A DNA stretch of 64,000 nt, taken from the NCBI RefSeq assembly GCF_009834535.1, contig NC_045706.1, positions 10,914,001 through 10,978,000 of the forward strand, in the 5' to 3' direction. This DNA comes from Camelus ferus. Taxonomy: Eukaryota. The translations under genes were made by a program, and so were the position numbers. The notes under the pieces are model-generated. The model was not told the origin of the DNA and made no database searches. It saw only the letters and a program-made list of their open reading frames with translations. Of this stretch, positions 12,730 to 26,382 are shown one piece after another (the first letter of the stretch is position 1; every line of letters begins with the position of its first letter).

Positions 12730-12860
12730 ATGTCAGTTTCCTCCATTAGAATGTAAGCTCCGTGGGGGCAGGGACCTTCTGGTAACTACACAAACCTTAG
12801 GACTTACGTAACAATACTTGGCACATGGTAGATGTTCAGTAAGTGAATGCATGAACAGAT
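12730..12860 (+). mobile_element. L2 3' end remnant
   Basis: tagaatgtaagctcc...ggcagggacc...ggcacatggtagatgttcagtaagtgaatgcatgaa, typical L2 terminus. Confidence 0.65.
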
Positions 12861-13464
12861 TGAGGAAGTAAAGGTAAGTGAGTGTTTTAGTCTCCCTGTT
12901 AGAACCAGGACACCACCTGGTGTTTCCACTTGAGTGGAACTTGATCAGAATCAATGTGTGCTTGTTAAAATGCAGATTCTGAGGCTCCACAGTTGTGGGT
13001 GAAGATAATCTGAAATAATACTAATTGGTGTGGGGTCCTTTCTCCGTTTCTAGCTCTTGGCAGGGGAAGAAAACTCTATTGGCAATGGTCACAAATTTCC
13101 CAGAAAAACTAGTTTTTGAAGGTGCATGATCTCTGTGATTGCTGTCCAATGTAGTTTGTTGAGCATCTTTCAAAGGTGATTAGGATGGACTCCTGATGGC
13201 AATGTATGTACTCACAGATATTTTACAGCCTTACTCAAATTTGCTACATTTTTCAAGCAAGTGCTTTGTTTTGACATTAAGTTTGCTGGTGCTTTTATTA
13301 GACTTGCTAGACCGGTGACAAAATGCAAAAGCAGAAAGAGAAAAATAAAAACACCTCACTTTATAAATCTTGTCTTCACTTACTCTCTGTTCTTACCCTA
13401 GTCTACACTACTGTCTTCTTTCATCTGAACTACTACAGTAGCTGGCTACCTGGTGTATATATAA

Positions 13465-14075
13465 TTAGGAGGCAGAAAAGTACATACATGTGCACAGCTC
13501 TGAATTTTTACAAAGTGAACACATTAATGTAGTGCCACCAAGATTGGGAAATAGGAGACTGACAGCACCCCAGAAGAACTCGTGCTTTTTTCTAGTCTCC
13601 AACCTCTACTCTTCCCCTAAGATAACCACTAGCCTGATTTCTGTGGTCTTAAATCAGTTTGTTTTTGAACTATGTAAATATCGAATTAAGCAGTATATAT
13701 TCTTCTGTTTCTGATTTACTTATTGCTTCCAGTTTCTTGTTGCATGCCGCTGAGTTTTTCAGTGTGACATTATTGTGTGAATGTGCTACAATTTATCCAT
13801 TACACACTTGGTTCTCCATTTAGGAGTTATGTATAGTGCTGTAATGAATGTTTATAAATGTCCTGGGGAACATGTATACACATTTCTGTTGAGCATATAC
13901 CTAGGGATGGAATTCTGGGTTGTAGGATATGTGTCTGATCAGTTTTAACAGATGTTGCCCAACAATTTCCCAAAATGGTTGCTTCAGTTTGCATTTGCAT
14001 GCAGCAAATGAAAATTCCAGTTACTCTCCACATCGCCTTAACATCAGATATTATCAGTCTTTCATTTTAACAGTT
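13465..14075 (-). mobile_element. Ancient L1 (L1ME-like) 3' fragment
   Basis: Antisense L1 ORF2-end motifs: gagcatatacctagggatggaattctgggttgtagg...ttcccaaaatggttg...ttccagttactctccacatc. Confidence 0.75.
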
Positions 14076-14449
14076 CTGGTTACTTAGCTATGTTTTACCT
14101 AAGCTTTCAACCATTTTAATTTTTTCAGCACAATGGCCAGAGTGACTTTTTAATTTTTAATTTACTGTTATACAGGTAATTCTTAAATGTGGTACATAAT
14201 TCAAAAGATTTTTAAAAGGTTGTATACAGTAAAAAAAAAAAAAAATTGTTCCTCCCACTCAACTCTCCTAACCATCTAGTTTCCATCTCAAGAAACACCA
14301 ATATCTTATGTTTTTCCAGAGATAATCTATCTATATGAACGTTCATTCTCCCTCCCTTTTCTGCAGAAATGATAGCATGTTGTATATGCTGTTCTGCACC
14401 TTTCTTTATTCACTTAATAAATCTTAATATAACACTCGCATTAATCTTC

Positions 14450-14950
14450 AAAAAACGTTTGCTAACACATAGCCCAAAAATGCTTTAGTCACTTCCCACT
14501 GCACTTAGCATAAAATCTCAACTCCTTGACAAGGCTTTACAGCCCGGCACAACTGGGTGCCTTCCCAGCCATCTAGCCTTTCTCCTCCTCTCTCGGTTAG
14601 CAAGCTCCAGTCACCCTGGCTGAGCTTTCCCACCTCAGGGCCCTTGCATGTGACCTCCTAGTCTAGAAAGCTCTCCTGCCACTCACCGTCTATATGGCAA
14701 TTTACATAAGCTTGTCATTTTTTCAGAAAAGTCTTTCCTGACTACCTCATCCCCACATCTAATGTAAGGATTTCCCAGCTATACTTTCATTATGCCTTGA
14801 TTTTTTTATGGCCCTTGAAACAACATATGTGATTATTTGATTAATGGCAGTCTACCAGATTATAAATTCCACAGATTTTGTCTTTTATTTATCACTCTTA
14901 GTGCCCTTGTATTAGACTCTTAATGAATAGTTGTTGAGTGAATGAATGAG
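14450..14950 (+). mobile_element. L2 3' remnant
   Basis: cccactgcacttagcataaaatc...ctcagggcccttgcatgtg...ending ttgttgagtgaatgaatga. Confidence 0.6.
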
Positions 14951-15719
14951 GTTTTTATGAGGTAAATTTGCAAACTATTACTTACACAAAGGGCCTAATG
15001 GCAAATAATGATGATAAAGTAGGACTGGGGACAGAAGGGAAATAAATGCATTGCAGACAAAACTGGAGCAGCAGTCTGGTAATGTCTGTTAGAATGAAGG
15101 AAGCGCACTGATGCGGGAAGCAGCGTGGGTCGTCCTATTACTCAAGGCTCAGCTGCTGCACCTCCCACCTCGTCACTTAGCTGTCCCCCGAAGTCAAGTG
15201 GGCCAGCGGGGCTTCCTCTGGTGGCTACTGCTGGTGATGGGAGCCTCTGAGCTGTCAGCTGTTTGGGGGAACAACAGGCAGCTCGGCTTCTTTCAGGAGC
15301 TCCTGTTGGTGTTCTGAATGTGCTTGTAGCAGTGGTTGGAGAGGAAATCTTCAAGCCAGTCTAGGTGCAGAATTGTCCCTTCTGCCCCTATCATGCTTGT
15401 CCCCTTGTCCACTTCTCTACCACTGGCAGCTGTTCCTAGTTTACGTTTGAAGGCCCCTTAACTCATCTTCTGTTCCCTGATGGACTAGAATAAGGACAGG
15501 GTGTTCAAAAGAAAGAATAAGGAAAAATCTAAATAAAAATGGCATTAATTTTTTTAAATTTTGGGAACAAAAATCTAGTCAAGTATATACATTTTAAATT
15601 TTTGAAAAATGTTCGACAATTATCTCCATTTTTCTCCAATTTTCAGTAACTTACCTTAAACTGAAAACTTTACTGTAGATAGAAAAAGCATATAATTTTT
15701 TTTTTAATCCAAGAGATGA

Positions 15720-16525
15720 AAGCAAACCAGAAAATGACAAATGTTGGTGAGGATGTGGGGAAATAAGAACACTTCTGCACTATTGGTGGGATTGTGAAAT
15801 GGTGCAACAGCTATGAAAAACAGTCTGGAGCGTTCTCAAAAAATTACAGGTAGAATTACCATATGGCCCAGCAATCGCACTTCTGGGTGTATATCCAAAA
15901 GAATTGAAAGCAGATTCTCAGAGAGATACCTGTACACCCATGTTCATAACAGCACTGACAATAGCCAAGAGATGGAAGCATTGCAAATGTCCGCTGATGG
16001 GGGGGAGGGTATAGCTCAGTGATAGAGCATGTGTGTAGCGTGCACAAGGTCCTAGGTTCAATCCTCAGTACCTCCAATAAGAAAGGAGTCAAATAAACGC
16101 TACTTAAAAAAAAATGTCCATCAATGGATGAATGGATTATACAAAATGTATATACATACAATGGAATATTATCAGTTTTTTAAAAGGAAGAAAATTCTGA
16201 CACATGCTACTACCTGGATGAAACTTGAAGACATTGTGCTAAGTGAAATAAGCCAGCCACAAAAAGATAAATACCGTGTAATTCCACTTTTATGAAGTCT
16301 CTAAAGTAGTCAAGTTCATAGAAACAGTAAAATGGAGTTTACCAGGAGCCGAAGGGAAGAGGGAAAGGGGGATTGTTTCATGGGGGTAGTTTCAGCTTTG
16401 AAGGATGAAACGTTCCGCAGCTCTGTTTCACAGCAATGTGAATATACGTGACCCTCCTGAACTGTACACTTAAAAATGGCTAAGATGGAAAATTTTATGT
16501 TGTGTTCTTTCTACACAATAAAATA
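15720..16525 (+). mobile_element. L1 (L1MA/MB-like) 3' end: ORF2 C-terminus plus 3'UTR, interrupted by a SINE
   Basis: aaatgttggtgaggatgtgg...ttaccatatggcccagcaatcgcacttctgggtgtatatccaaaagaattgaaa...gctaagtgaaataagccag...actgtacacttaaaaatgg...caataaaa. Confidence 0.9.
16001..16111 (+). mobile_element. tRNA-derived camelid-type SINE nested in L1
   Basis: ggggagggtatagctcagtgatagagc...ggttcaatcctcagtacctcc plus A tail; flanked by degenerate duplication aaatgtcc....atgg. Confidence 0.9.
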
Positions 16526-17596
16526 TATAATTTTTTAATTTTATGGATCACGTTAAAAAATGGTTAACAGGAGAATCATTACTGCTTGGGCCTAGATACA
16601 ATTTTCCTTTCAGGTTTACACTGCTCTCCAAATTCTTCTCATTTTCTCTCTGACAGTGAGAGTCTCCGTGTAAATTTACTCAGCTTTCTTCTTGTTAGGT
16701 GACTGTTCTTACGACACTTTTCCACTTGAGAAACAGTACTCCTCCACATCTTTGTTTTATCAAGTTTCCATTTTATGTGACAGAACTTAGTTATTTAAGA
16801 CCTTAGGTGAGTTAAGATCTCAGCTAGGCATCGGCTGTTTAGTGGATTTCCTCTTGACTTAAATTGCTTTACGGTGATTTTACTCTACTGGCATTTATCT
16901 AATGGCATAAAAATATTAGGCATGAAGAAATACGGTAGACCATCAACCCCAGCAAAACGCAGCAGATGACAGACTTTATTTCTCCATGGCCGCCTATCCA
17001 TTTAGCCCATAAAGTCAAGAATGGTGTGTTTGCACTTGGAGAGTTTACTGCTGTTTATGTTAAGGGTGAAAAAACTTTCTGGTGACCCTGACTAAAAAAG
17101 GTTGAGGGTAGTGGTGGCTGAGAACAGACACAGCCTCAGCTGGAAAGATTGTCTGAGGCTGTAAATAGTGCCTGGCAACAGATTTTACCTGTATCTGTAA
17201 ATCCCTTCAAAATATGAACCCGATCCAAAATGGGACTTTATGGCCTATTATGTGAATATATGGGATTTGCAGTTATTAAAGAAAGTATTTCAGTTTTTTA
17301 TGACTGGAAGCATGTAAAACTAAGGACTGTTAGTGGATTTTCCTGTCTTCATCAATAGAGATCATCTAATGATCCTGATAACCAGAAATATGTGGTATTT
17401 GCCTCTCCATAAATGTAACTCTTTATGGGTTTAAAACTTCTGATCTGACGATTGCCAGAGCTCTGTGTGGAATTAATGCCTACTCTTGAGAGGTGTAGGC
17501 GTGCAGACTGCCTCTAAAGTGTGTTTATCCAGCTGCTGGACAACCAACCTTTACTGCTTTTTAGCTTCGTTACAAAGTCATTTAAATACGTATCTC

Positions 17597-17643
17597 TATA
17601 TATGCATACGTGTGCATGCATGTATGCGTATACACACACGTAT
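17597..17643. repeat. 47-nt perfect purine/pyrimidine alternating tract
   Basis: tatatatgcatacgtgtgcatgcatgtatgcgtatacacacacgtat. Confidence 0.85.
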
Positions 17644-20269
17644 TTTTCCACCCCAAGGGTCTTCAAGATCTGAATTATGACTTTGTATATTATTTCAGCT
17701 TTTTTTTTTTTTTTTGGTGTAAGGTGCAAAAGCTCAAATGTAACGTGTCTTTAATACCTGATAAAATATCTACCTTGTGAGCCCAAGTGCATTTCCTGAG
17801 AATTTGGTCATTGAATTTCTAGGAAGTAGTGATTCAGAAAAGTTTCTATCTGGCTAAAATTTTAGGCAAGAACAACAAGATTTGCAGTCCCTGTATTTTA
17901 TCAGATGATTTTCTTATATGGTTACCACCATTTTTGACACTTTCTACAACTGCATGCAAAACAGGTATAAAATAGTTTTTAGGTGAAATTTAATGGCTGA
18001 TCAAATGGCACTTGGAATTGGTAAATGGGAACATCTTGATAAATGATCTGTCTTTTGAAACTTGCTTTCTAACTTTCTTGGTTGGGTTTTATGATTTTAA
18101 AAAGCATTTTAAAGAGTTCTCTGTAGGTTAGTTTATAAGCATAGATGAATAACCAGAAGACTTTTAATTAAAATCATTAAAATGTTTGTATTTTTCAGTA
18201 TCAATTAGACTTGGATTAAAAAAGAATTTTTAAAATATCTATGGAATTCTGTCTTATGGGACTGATTAGTTCACAAAATGTCCATTGTTTTTGTTAAGTA
18301 CTAAGGAATGTTTGTGGGTGTGTTATATGATGGCCATAAACTTTACTTTTTGCTTTTATAAAGTGAATTTCTTTTAATTATGCTAGATTTCATGTATCCA
18401 AAATGTGAAAAGTATGTTTGTCTTAAAAAAGAGTCATCTGTAATCCTCTTCCCAAATGCCAATTCTTTTGAAGTCAGTATTGGGCAAGCCACAGAGGTAA
18501 ACTGGCTCAGCGAATTTTATAGCTGTGTGTCATACCCCCCACCAGCATTTCACCACTGTATCACCCACCTCATTCTGCTGATTTTCATCGAATAGCTTTT
18601 AGCAGTTTCCCAAAACTAGTTCCATCCACAAGATGTTTTTCACTATTAGAAATACCCTAGGAGAAGTTCTTGAAAAGTTCTGAGCAGTGGAGGTGCCCAA
18701 CTGCCTCAGGAGAGTGTCTGTGTGGTCACAGTGAAAGGACTGCACTTAATAGGAGATACGTGTTGCAATACGATTGTTCAAAAAACCCCAGAACGGTATT
18801 ACTACATGATATTACACTATGGTCACGCCTTATATGTGTCTGTGTTAGTTTGTGTGCACAAATGTACATTTCCTTTCCTTTCCTTTTCGTCTTCTTCTTT
18901 TTTTTTTCTTTTCAGATGACATTTTTTATTTGGATTTTAGGAAAGGTCTGGGTTAAGATTCTTGGAAATGCTAAACCCTTTTCTCCTTTAACATTTAGAA
19001 ATAAGACCCGGGAACAGTGTTACAAAGTAGGTACCTGGAACAGCGATTTTTAAAAATCATTTTCTCATGGGTGTGAGGCACTTTAATAAAAAACACCAAG
19101 AGCCAAAAGACCTGAACTCTAGCCCTGTTTTTCAACTGTACCTATGACACTGAGACCTCTATGAGACTCAGTTTCTACCTCTACAAATTCCTCTATTATG
19201 AGGTGTAGTAAAGATCAAATGAAAATATGTGTGAATGTACTTTTTTTTTAAACCCATAGAGACCAACAGTTTAACTTGCAGTTGGTGATCCAGCCTCCAT
19301 TAGAGGCAGTTTGGGATTAAGACCCCTCCAAGGGGTTGTAACTGAGAAAAGTACCTAAAACAGCACTTAGAATCATGCTAAGCACATAGAAAGTGCTCAG
19401 GGAACTCTCGCTGTTACTGTTAGTGGTGAAATCAAGTCTGACCTCTTCTGTTATGTACGAGGCACAGACGGTTACTAGAATTTTTTTAAATTAATTTTTA
19501 TTTTCATTAAAAGGATATACATGTATAATAGTTTAAAAAGTCAAATAGTACTAGAAGTCAAGCAAAATAGCTACCCCCTTCACCATCCTCTCCCAAGCTT
19601 TCTCCTCAGAGGCCACCTTTTACAATATTTAGCTGTTTCTTCTGATACTTACTTCCACGTAACATGAACAATACACATACTGCTATTTCTTAATGCAACA
19701 ATTTTAGAATTTTTCTGCTGACTTCCCTTTGTGGTAGATGAGGTCTTCGCTGTCTTACTGTTCATTCTCAGTTCCCCCACGTCAAATATATCAGTTTTGA
19801 AATGGAAGAAATACAAATATGTCTGCATGCTGATATAATGAATCTACCTGGTTTAGCAGGAATCCCGATTTGAATCTTAAATGTACACATAGGCCTTCCT
19901 TTTTTTAGGTGCATCTTCATGGATGCAGCATGGTACAAGATAGTGCTGTACCGGGAAGGCCACGTGCCTATGCCTCAGGAGACTTAGCCTCACTCCCAAC
20001 TAAAGCCATCTGGGCCTCAGTTTCCTGACTTGCAGTGTAGTAATATGCTGATCGCCAAGGATTCCCTCCAGCTGTGATAGGCCATGAAGATGTGACTTGA
20101 AAAGCAAAAGAGATCAAAGATGGGCAGTTGATGTTGGCTTTCTCCTTCCACAGGAAATTAAGAGTTTAAAGAAAGCAAATGAATGTTGTAAAGATGTGGG
20201 CTTAAATATTTGTAGATTAAATCTAGTAGGGATTTTGACCCATTTCCAACTACTGATTACCCCCCGACT

Positions 20270-20800
20270 GAAAAGCATATTCACTGCAGAAATTTTGCAA
20301 AACAGAAAAACATATTAATGAAAATTAAAATCACCCATCATCCCATCATCTAGAGATAAATGCTAGTAACATTTTGGAATAGTTTCCTGCAAGCTTTCTA
20401 TCAATAAATATACTATATTTCCTCCCTTTCCCCACTGAAAATTGTCTCTATATTTGTATCCTGCTTTTTTCAATGGCAGCTTTATAAGCATGTTCCCTAC
20501 ATAACCCAGTATTCTTCACTCAGTTCAATATTTCATCACAGGAATATACTGTAACTTAGTCATTCCATTAGTGGGTATTTATAGCTACTATAAATAGCAC
20601 TGATAAAAGCAGTGTTAATATTCAATTTTGCACATAAATCTTTGTATCTCTTAGTCTTTCTTTGGCATAAGTTGTAGAATTATTCACTGATCTCATGGGT
20701 ATAAACATTCTCTTACACATGTTGCCAAACTTGCATCTTAACACATCTGCCTCGCTTACCTTCCAGAGAGGTTGTAGCAATTTACTTTCCCGCCTTCACT
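20270..20800 (-). mobile_element. Degenerate L1ME-like fragment(s)
   Basis: aaaatcacccatcatcccatcatctagagataaatgctagtaacattttgg...ttccagagaggttgtagcaatttactttccc. Confidence 0.55.
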
Positions 20801-22699
20801 GTGTGTGTCAGTTGCATCATGCTGTTACGAATCCTGCCAACTTCCTATGATTTCTTTTTAAAATGTCACTTTTTACTGCATATAAGCTAAAGTTTATTAG
20901 TTATTAGAGGGATGAGTAATTCAGATTCCAGTATATTTTTTGTGTGTCTACAAGTGCTGGGCACTGTGCCAGGTGATTTCTTGTTTACTGCTAGTGAACA
21001 CCACACCCTTAGAGTGTAGGTGGCATCATTTCCTTGTCCAATCCTAAGAGGCTGTGTTTAAGGACACACGCTGATCTGCTATATGGCCAGGGATTGGTAC
21101 CCAGGTCTCTTGACTACAACATAGGCACTTACATATTTACTTATTTTACTATATCTCACCTGCTTCAAATGGCTGAGAATATTCCTTATATGAGACTCTA
21201 AAATATATTTTATTGCAAAAGACTTTATAATGTATTTCCTGCTTATCAGTTTTTTTTTTAAGTTTTTGAGAATAAAACAAATCAAACTCTAAAGCCAATG
21301 ACCGCTCTGAAATTCTACTTTACCAGAAGACATCTTAGTCTTTTGCTCCTTGCCTGGTCCCAGTGAAAGTTGTTTGACCAAAGGTGAGACCAGCAGGAGT
21401 AGGAAGCGGCCAAACTGTTTGTCCTCTTCTTGCCCAGATTGGCTACTAGTGTTTATAAAGGCTTGAGACAGCTACAGAAAGTGAGCAATGCTACTGGGAT
21501 GGAGAGCACCTTAAGTCATTGCAAACCACAGGCAGAACTTGAATCATGTGGGAAGGATGTGTGTGTGTGTTTTATTTTGGCAAGCCTTAGGAACTGTGAG
21601 GCTCCATACTTTCATACTTGGTCTGCTGCATAGTGCATGTTAAAAACTGGCTTTTGGATCTTCAGACACTTGAAACAGGTGTTTATAGCAATTTCATAAG
21701 GGCAGTCTTTCAATATCTCAGAACAAATTTTAAACCGTGAACATTAAATCTTAACTTACATGGATCTTTATTTTTGTACTTATTATGTGATATGCTAACA
21801 GGACAGTAAAAGTGTATTTTGCTGTTCCATTTTCCCTTCATTTCAGAAAGGCCTGGCTGCCATCTTAGCTCAGAATGGATTTATAAGGATGTCCTACGTC
21901 ACACCAGGTTTTTTCAGGACACGGCTGGGTTGGAACTGGAAACTGGCATAATATTTAGTTGTGCCTAACTTTTATCCAGTGGGGCAGTCTCACTTCCTGT
22001 GTTAGGAGAACTTGTAATTTGGTCTCTGGAGTTTTCTGGGGAGGTGTGCTGCACAGATTCCCTGGTTATTGTTATGAGCTATCTCATTTGGATCCAGGAC
22101 TCTGCAGAGTTTTAAAGTCCTACTCTGGTACTGCCTATAAAAAGTTCAGTCCTTTTACGATGGAGAGGAAGCTGGCAGGAGCCCATGTCTGGAGGAGGCC
22201 AACCACAGAAGGGGACACTTAAAATTAAGCGTCTCAGCTAGGTTCTAACTCTGTTCTTGGTCACAGTGATCTCCTCGAATTGCAGCTGAAAATCCCTGTA
22301 ACCTTCACAAGCCTCTCTCCGCAGCAGAGGGGCAGAGTGCTTAGAAATGCTCTGAGGAAAATGCTTTGAGAGGGGAAGGTTAGGGAGAGTAATGAGAAGC
22401 AACCATAGAAGGCCAGAGATGGGGTGGGATTGGGACTGAAGGGGTAGGCAGAGGGAGGGAGGAAAAATGAACGGAATGGGAAGCTCAGAATAGAAGATAT
22501 AAAAGAAATTGCCAACTAGTGAAAATACTGAGAAAGGATGGGTGGAGGGGGACCGACGACTGGGGGAACAGTTTAGAAAAATAGCAATTAGTACAGCTAA
22601 AAATAAAGACCAATTTAGAGACAAAGCCAGATACACAAGGAGAAAAATAGGACTCGCCAGAAAGACAATTCCTCGCAAACCAGATCCTCAAGAAAATGG

Positions 22700-24450
22700 G
22701 GCTAATGACACCCCGTCTTGGGCTGTTTTGCAGAAGAAACGAGATAACAGATTCGAGTGGCGCTGGCGGCGCCGAGCAGGTGACTGGCGGCGGGAGAGGA
22801 GGAATCAGAGCTGGAGCGCAGGGCGAACGCGAGTGATTTCGAGCGCTGAGCGCCAAGGCCCCGAGGGAAGGTGCGCCACGTGTCCCCAGTTGGTGTCTCG
22901 GGCCAGCCGGTGTGCGGCGCAGAGGCATTGCTCCTCGCTGGAACCCGAGGGATTCCTACAGAACTTCCCCCGAGGTCCGACCTCGGAGTCTCAAGACCCA
23001 GGGCAAAAGGCGCCCAAGTTTCGGCGCCCGCGCAGCGCGGCCCGGGAGAGGGCGCCCGTCGGCGGCAGCTCGGCTCGCTCCTCCCACGGACAGCGCGGCC
23101 CGGGCCCTGGCGACGCTCCACTAGTTTTCGCAGCCGTGGGAAGGCCCAGCGCCCACGGAGTCGCGGGATGGGCAGGCCCGGGCGTACAGGGATCCTGGGT
23201 CCTGGGGGCAAGGAGGCGAAGGCTGTGGGCCGCGCCTGGGTTTTGCAGAACTCCAAGGCCTCGGCGTCCAGGTCTCTGAACCAGGAGGTGACCCTCGCCT
23301 GTTGCCAGGCGAAAGCCTATGTAGCCGCGAAGCACGACGCGCCCGCGGCACCGAGTGTGTTTCTTGGGGCTGCAGGGAGAGGGCGGGAGCCCGGGATGGA
23401 CGCTGGAGCTGGGAGTCTGGCAGGGCAGGACGGGGCTCGGGTGGCTTCTCTGGCGAGCCTCGCAGCGCGACAGGCGCAACAAGGGGTCCCCAGGAGGTGA
23501 GAACCGCTTGAGCAGGGTTTCTAATGCATTCCATCTTGGGCGCTGGGCCGGGTCCCAGCGTTTGGGAGTCACCCGAGTGCTCCCTGCCCGCCCAGGTAAC
23601 CCAGGGCGGGACCCCGGGGCAGGATCGCGGAGCCCCCACGCGGGCAGACAGGCAGGGAGCACGGAGCGCGCCACGCGGCGCCTGGTCTGGAGGAGAACCG
23701 CGGGGCGGGGGCCGCGCCCTCCGGGGCGGTGCCGAGCCGGCTCCTCCTCCTCCTCGGCCTCCTCCTCCTCGCCTTCTTCTGGCTCTGTCGCCGCACCACC
23801 CCGCTGCTCCTCCTTCCTCCCTGGGGTGCCCGCGGCGATGTTTAACCGCGCCGTGAGCCGGTTGAGCAGGAAGCGGCCGCCGTCAGGTAAGCGGCTCCTG
23901 GGGCCCGACGAGCTGGGATCTGGAGACTGGGGCGCCCCCAAGGGCCGCGATGAGCCGCCTGGGTCGGCACTGCCCGCCCCGGGCATCCTTCCCTCCCGCC
24001 CAGGCTCGGGCGCGGCTCTGAGATGCCGCGCCGACGGGAGACCCGGCCAAACGCGCCACTTCTCCCTGCTCGGTCCAGCGTCCCTGCGGTCCTAGCCGCG
24101 GCGGGAACGCAGAGCCCGGAGAGGCGCGCAGGGGAGGAAGTTTGTCTGAAAGGGGGAACAACAGCAGTTTTCTTTTTAGTGATGGTCTGGGAGGAGAAGG
24201 AGATCCATCCCCGCCTCAAACTTGGAGGTAGTATGGGCTCTAGATTCCAAAAGTAGAACGTTGCGCGGGTCGCACCCCCCCACCCCCTTTCTGGAGTTCT
24301 CTGCATCTGCTGCTGGCGTTTCTGCGAATGATGCCCACATGGCACCCGGGAAAGGCATGCCTGGATTCCGGGTATCCGACTGGGCAGCCAGCACCTTCTT
24401 TTCTGCGCTGCGGAGCTGAAATGTGGGGCGGAGAAGGAGGGTGAACACAA
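22700..24450 (+). promoter_or_regulatory. RGS10: CpG island / RGS10 promoter with GC boxes and a (TCC)n tract before the ATG
   Basis: Very high GC and CpG density; GGGGCGGGG at about 23702, GGGGCGG at about 23723; no obvious TATA box; contains exon 1. Confidence 0.9.
23838..23886 (+). CDS. RGS10: RGS10 coding exon 1a (49 nt)
   Basis: gcgATG; MFNRAVSRLSRKRPPS(D); donor CAG|gtaagc; matches the RGS10 long-isoform N-terminus. Confidence 0.96.
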
Positions 24451-24689
24451 GGTGAAGGGCACATCTGCAATTCGCGCCAGGGAAGAGCCGACTTTACTAA
24501 GGGTTCGGCTTGACTGTCACTCTGGACCAGCGTTAGCCACAATTCGGAGCAACTCAGTGGGACCAAGAACCCACAGAGAAGATGAAAGCATGCCCTTGAT
24601 TCCAACCATCTTACGTTTTTTGTTCGTAATAATAGCTATGCCCCTTTGAGCACTTAATGTGGGCCCGGATCTGTGGTCACATTGTTCTA

Positions 24690-24860
24690 TGAATTCTCTG
24701 TTCACCCCTAGGGCCACCCGTTGAGATAGGCATTGTTCTCCCCACTTCAGTAAGAAGGGAACTGAAAGCCAGGTGCTGTTAGGTAACTTGCCCCAGGTCA
24801 CAATTAGGTGATGGAGAATCTTTCAAATCCAGCTTGGCCTGACTCAAGTTCAGAGACTTT
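24690..24860 (-). mobile_element. MIR
   Basis: ccccacttcagtaagaagggaactgaaagccagg...taacttgccccaggtcaca (antisense MIR core). Confidence 0.65.
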
Positions 24861-25279
24861 TCTTGCTGCCTCCCAATCCAGGAGTTGCTTCTGCATAGTA
24901 CTGAGTCTGTGCATATCTTTTTTTTCCTTCACCCTAGTATCACTATTTTATGAGGGACACTGTGGTTAAGAGGATGGATTGAAAGCAGGTTGGCTGGATC
25001 CAAATCCCACCTCCACCACTGACTACCTGTGGAGCCTCTCTGTCCAGATTACAGGTCTACAAAGTGGGAATAAAATACCCTTCTTAAAACTTAATTGAAG
25101 CTGGTTTCCCATCCACCAAAATTTGCAAATTATTGCATTTAATATTTAGAACAACTGTAAATTGCTTATATTAGTGTTAGTGATCATGTACACTTTTCTT
25201 TGTTTCCTGTGGGTCAAAGGAATCCCTTGTGGGTGTTTGTTTTAGCCATTCCTTATTGTTAGATATTGACAGGCCCGTG

Positions 25280-25660
25280 GAGTGGTAGGTGGTCAGAGCC
25301 TGGTCTCTGAAGTTAAACTGCTGATTCCTGACTCTATCATTCGGTGACCTTGGGCAAGCTACTTGACCTCTGAGCCAACTGCTAAATCTTCAGGATATTT
25401 GGGAGCTGGTTGCTAACCCACAGGTAGCTTGAAGTTGGCTATCAGCGGCTAGTTTCACCATGGAAGTCAGCAGATGCTAAAAATCAAGTTTGTCTGTTTT
25501 TCCCCTAGGAGAGCTGATCTACCAGCACACCTCTGCATCAGTTTTCCTATCTATAAAGTGGGCTTCATAGAGTTGTATAATTAAATACATGAAAGCGTAT
25601 ACATGAAATACTAGTACAGTGCCTGGCATTACAGAGTAATAAATGGTTGGCTGTTATCTT
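25280..25660 (+). mobile_element. MIR interrupted by a hAT element
   Basis: gtgaccttgggcaagctacttgacctctg [insert] catcagttttcctatctataaagtggg...acagtgcctggca. Confidence 0.7.
25372..25535 (+). mobile_element. MER63-like hAT-Blackjack DNA transposon remnant inside MIR
   Basis: gagccaactgctaaatcttcagga...ggtagcttgaagttggc...gagagctgatctaccagcacacctctg resembles MER63 internal sequence and 3' TIR. Confidence 0.6.
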
Positions 25661-26382
25661 TTCTGAGTTTTCCTGTTATAAATAGGAACATTCCTGCACA
25701 GGTTGCTTTTGGGATGAAGTCTTCCAAATAGAACAACTGAATTATGACATACATGGTTTTGGGGTGCTATTGCATGTGTGGGCAGGTTGTACCACAGAAA
25801 GACTGGAGGCAGTTTTAGGGACACTAGTGGAGAGTGTACCTGTTTCAGGGTAACACATTTTAGGACTGATGAAATGTGGGTAGGTCGCTGAGAGAAAAAT
25901 CAGTAGCTAAAAATTATGGATTGGAATTGGGTTCTTGGCTTCCAAGAGCCCTATTTCCTTACGATTTTTAGGTTTAAAGTCTGTCCCCTGATGGGAAAGG
26001 ACAAATGAGCCCCTGACAGTTTGGTCATCACCACCTTGCAGTGAGAAAGGGGGAATGTGGGCCCCGAGGCAAAGGCACTGGAAAGCCAGCCAAAAAATCT
26101 GCAGGACCCTGGACTGATTTTTTTTTTTTTTTAAATTTTGAATTGTTTTTTAAGTGGTTCTCCAAATTGTATAAGCTTCTGACCCCACAAAAGCTGGATC
26201 AGTGCCTACAGGACTCTGATTTGGACCTTGTCGCAGTCCTGCCTCTTGGCTTCCTTTACTCTAGACCTTTCCTGCTTTTCTGCAAAATCTTATCGGAGAT
26301 GATGTCTTTAAGCTGAACGCTGGTGCTCCCAACCCCTAATTCCAAGTTTCGAAATATGATTCAAAGTGTGATTATTCTCCTT

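Noticed and set aside
22485..24462. Many long overlapping ORFs on both strands (up to 331 aa), including 23355..24095 in frame with RGS10 exon 1
   Set aside because: Expected from stop-codon scarcity in a CpG island; low-complexity P/R/G/A translations. Only 23838-23886 matches a known protein.
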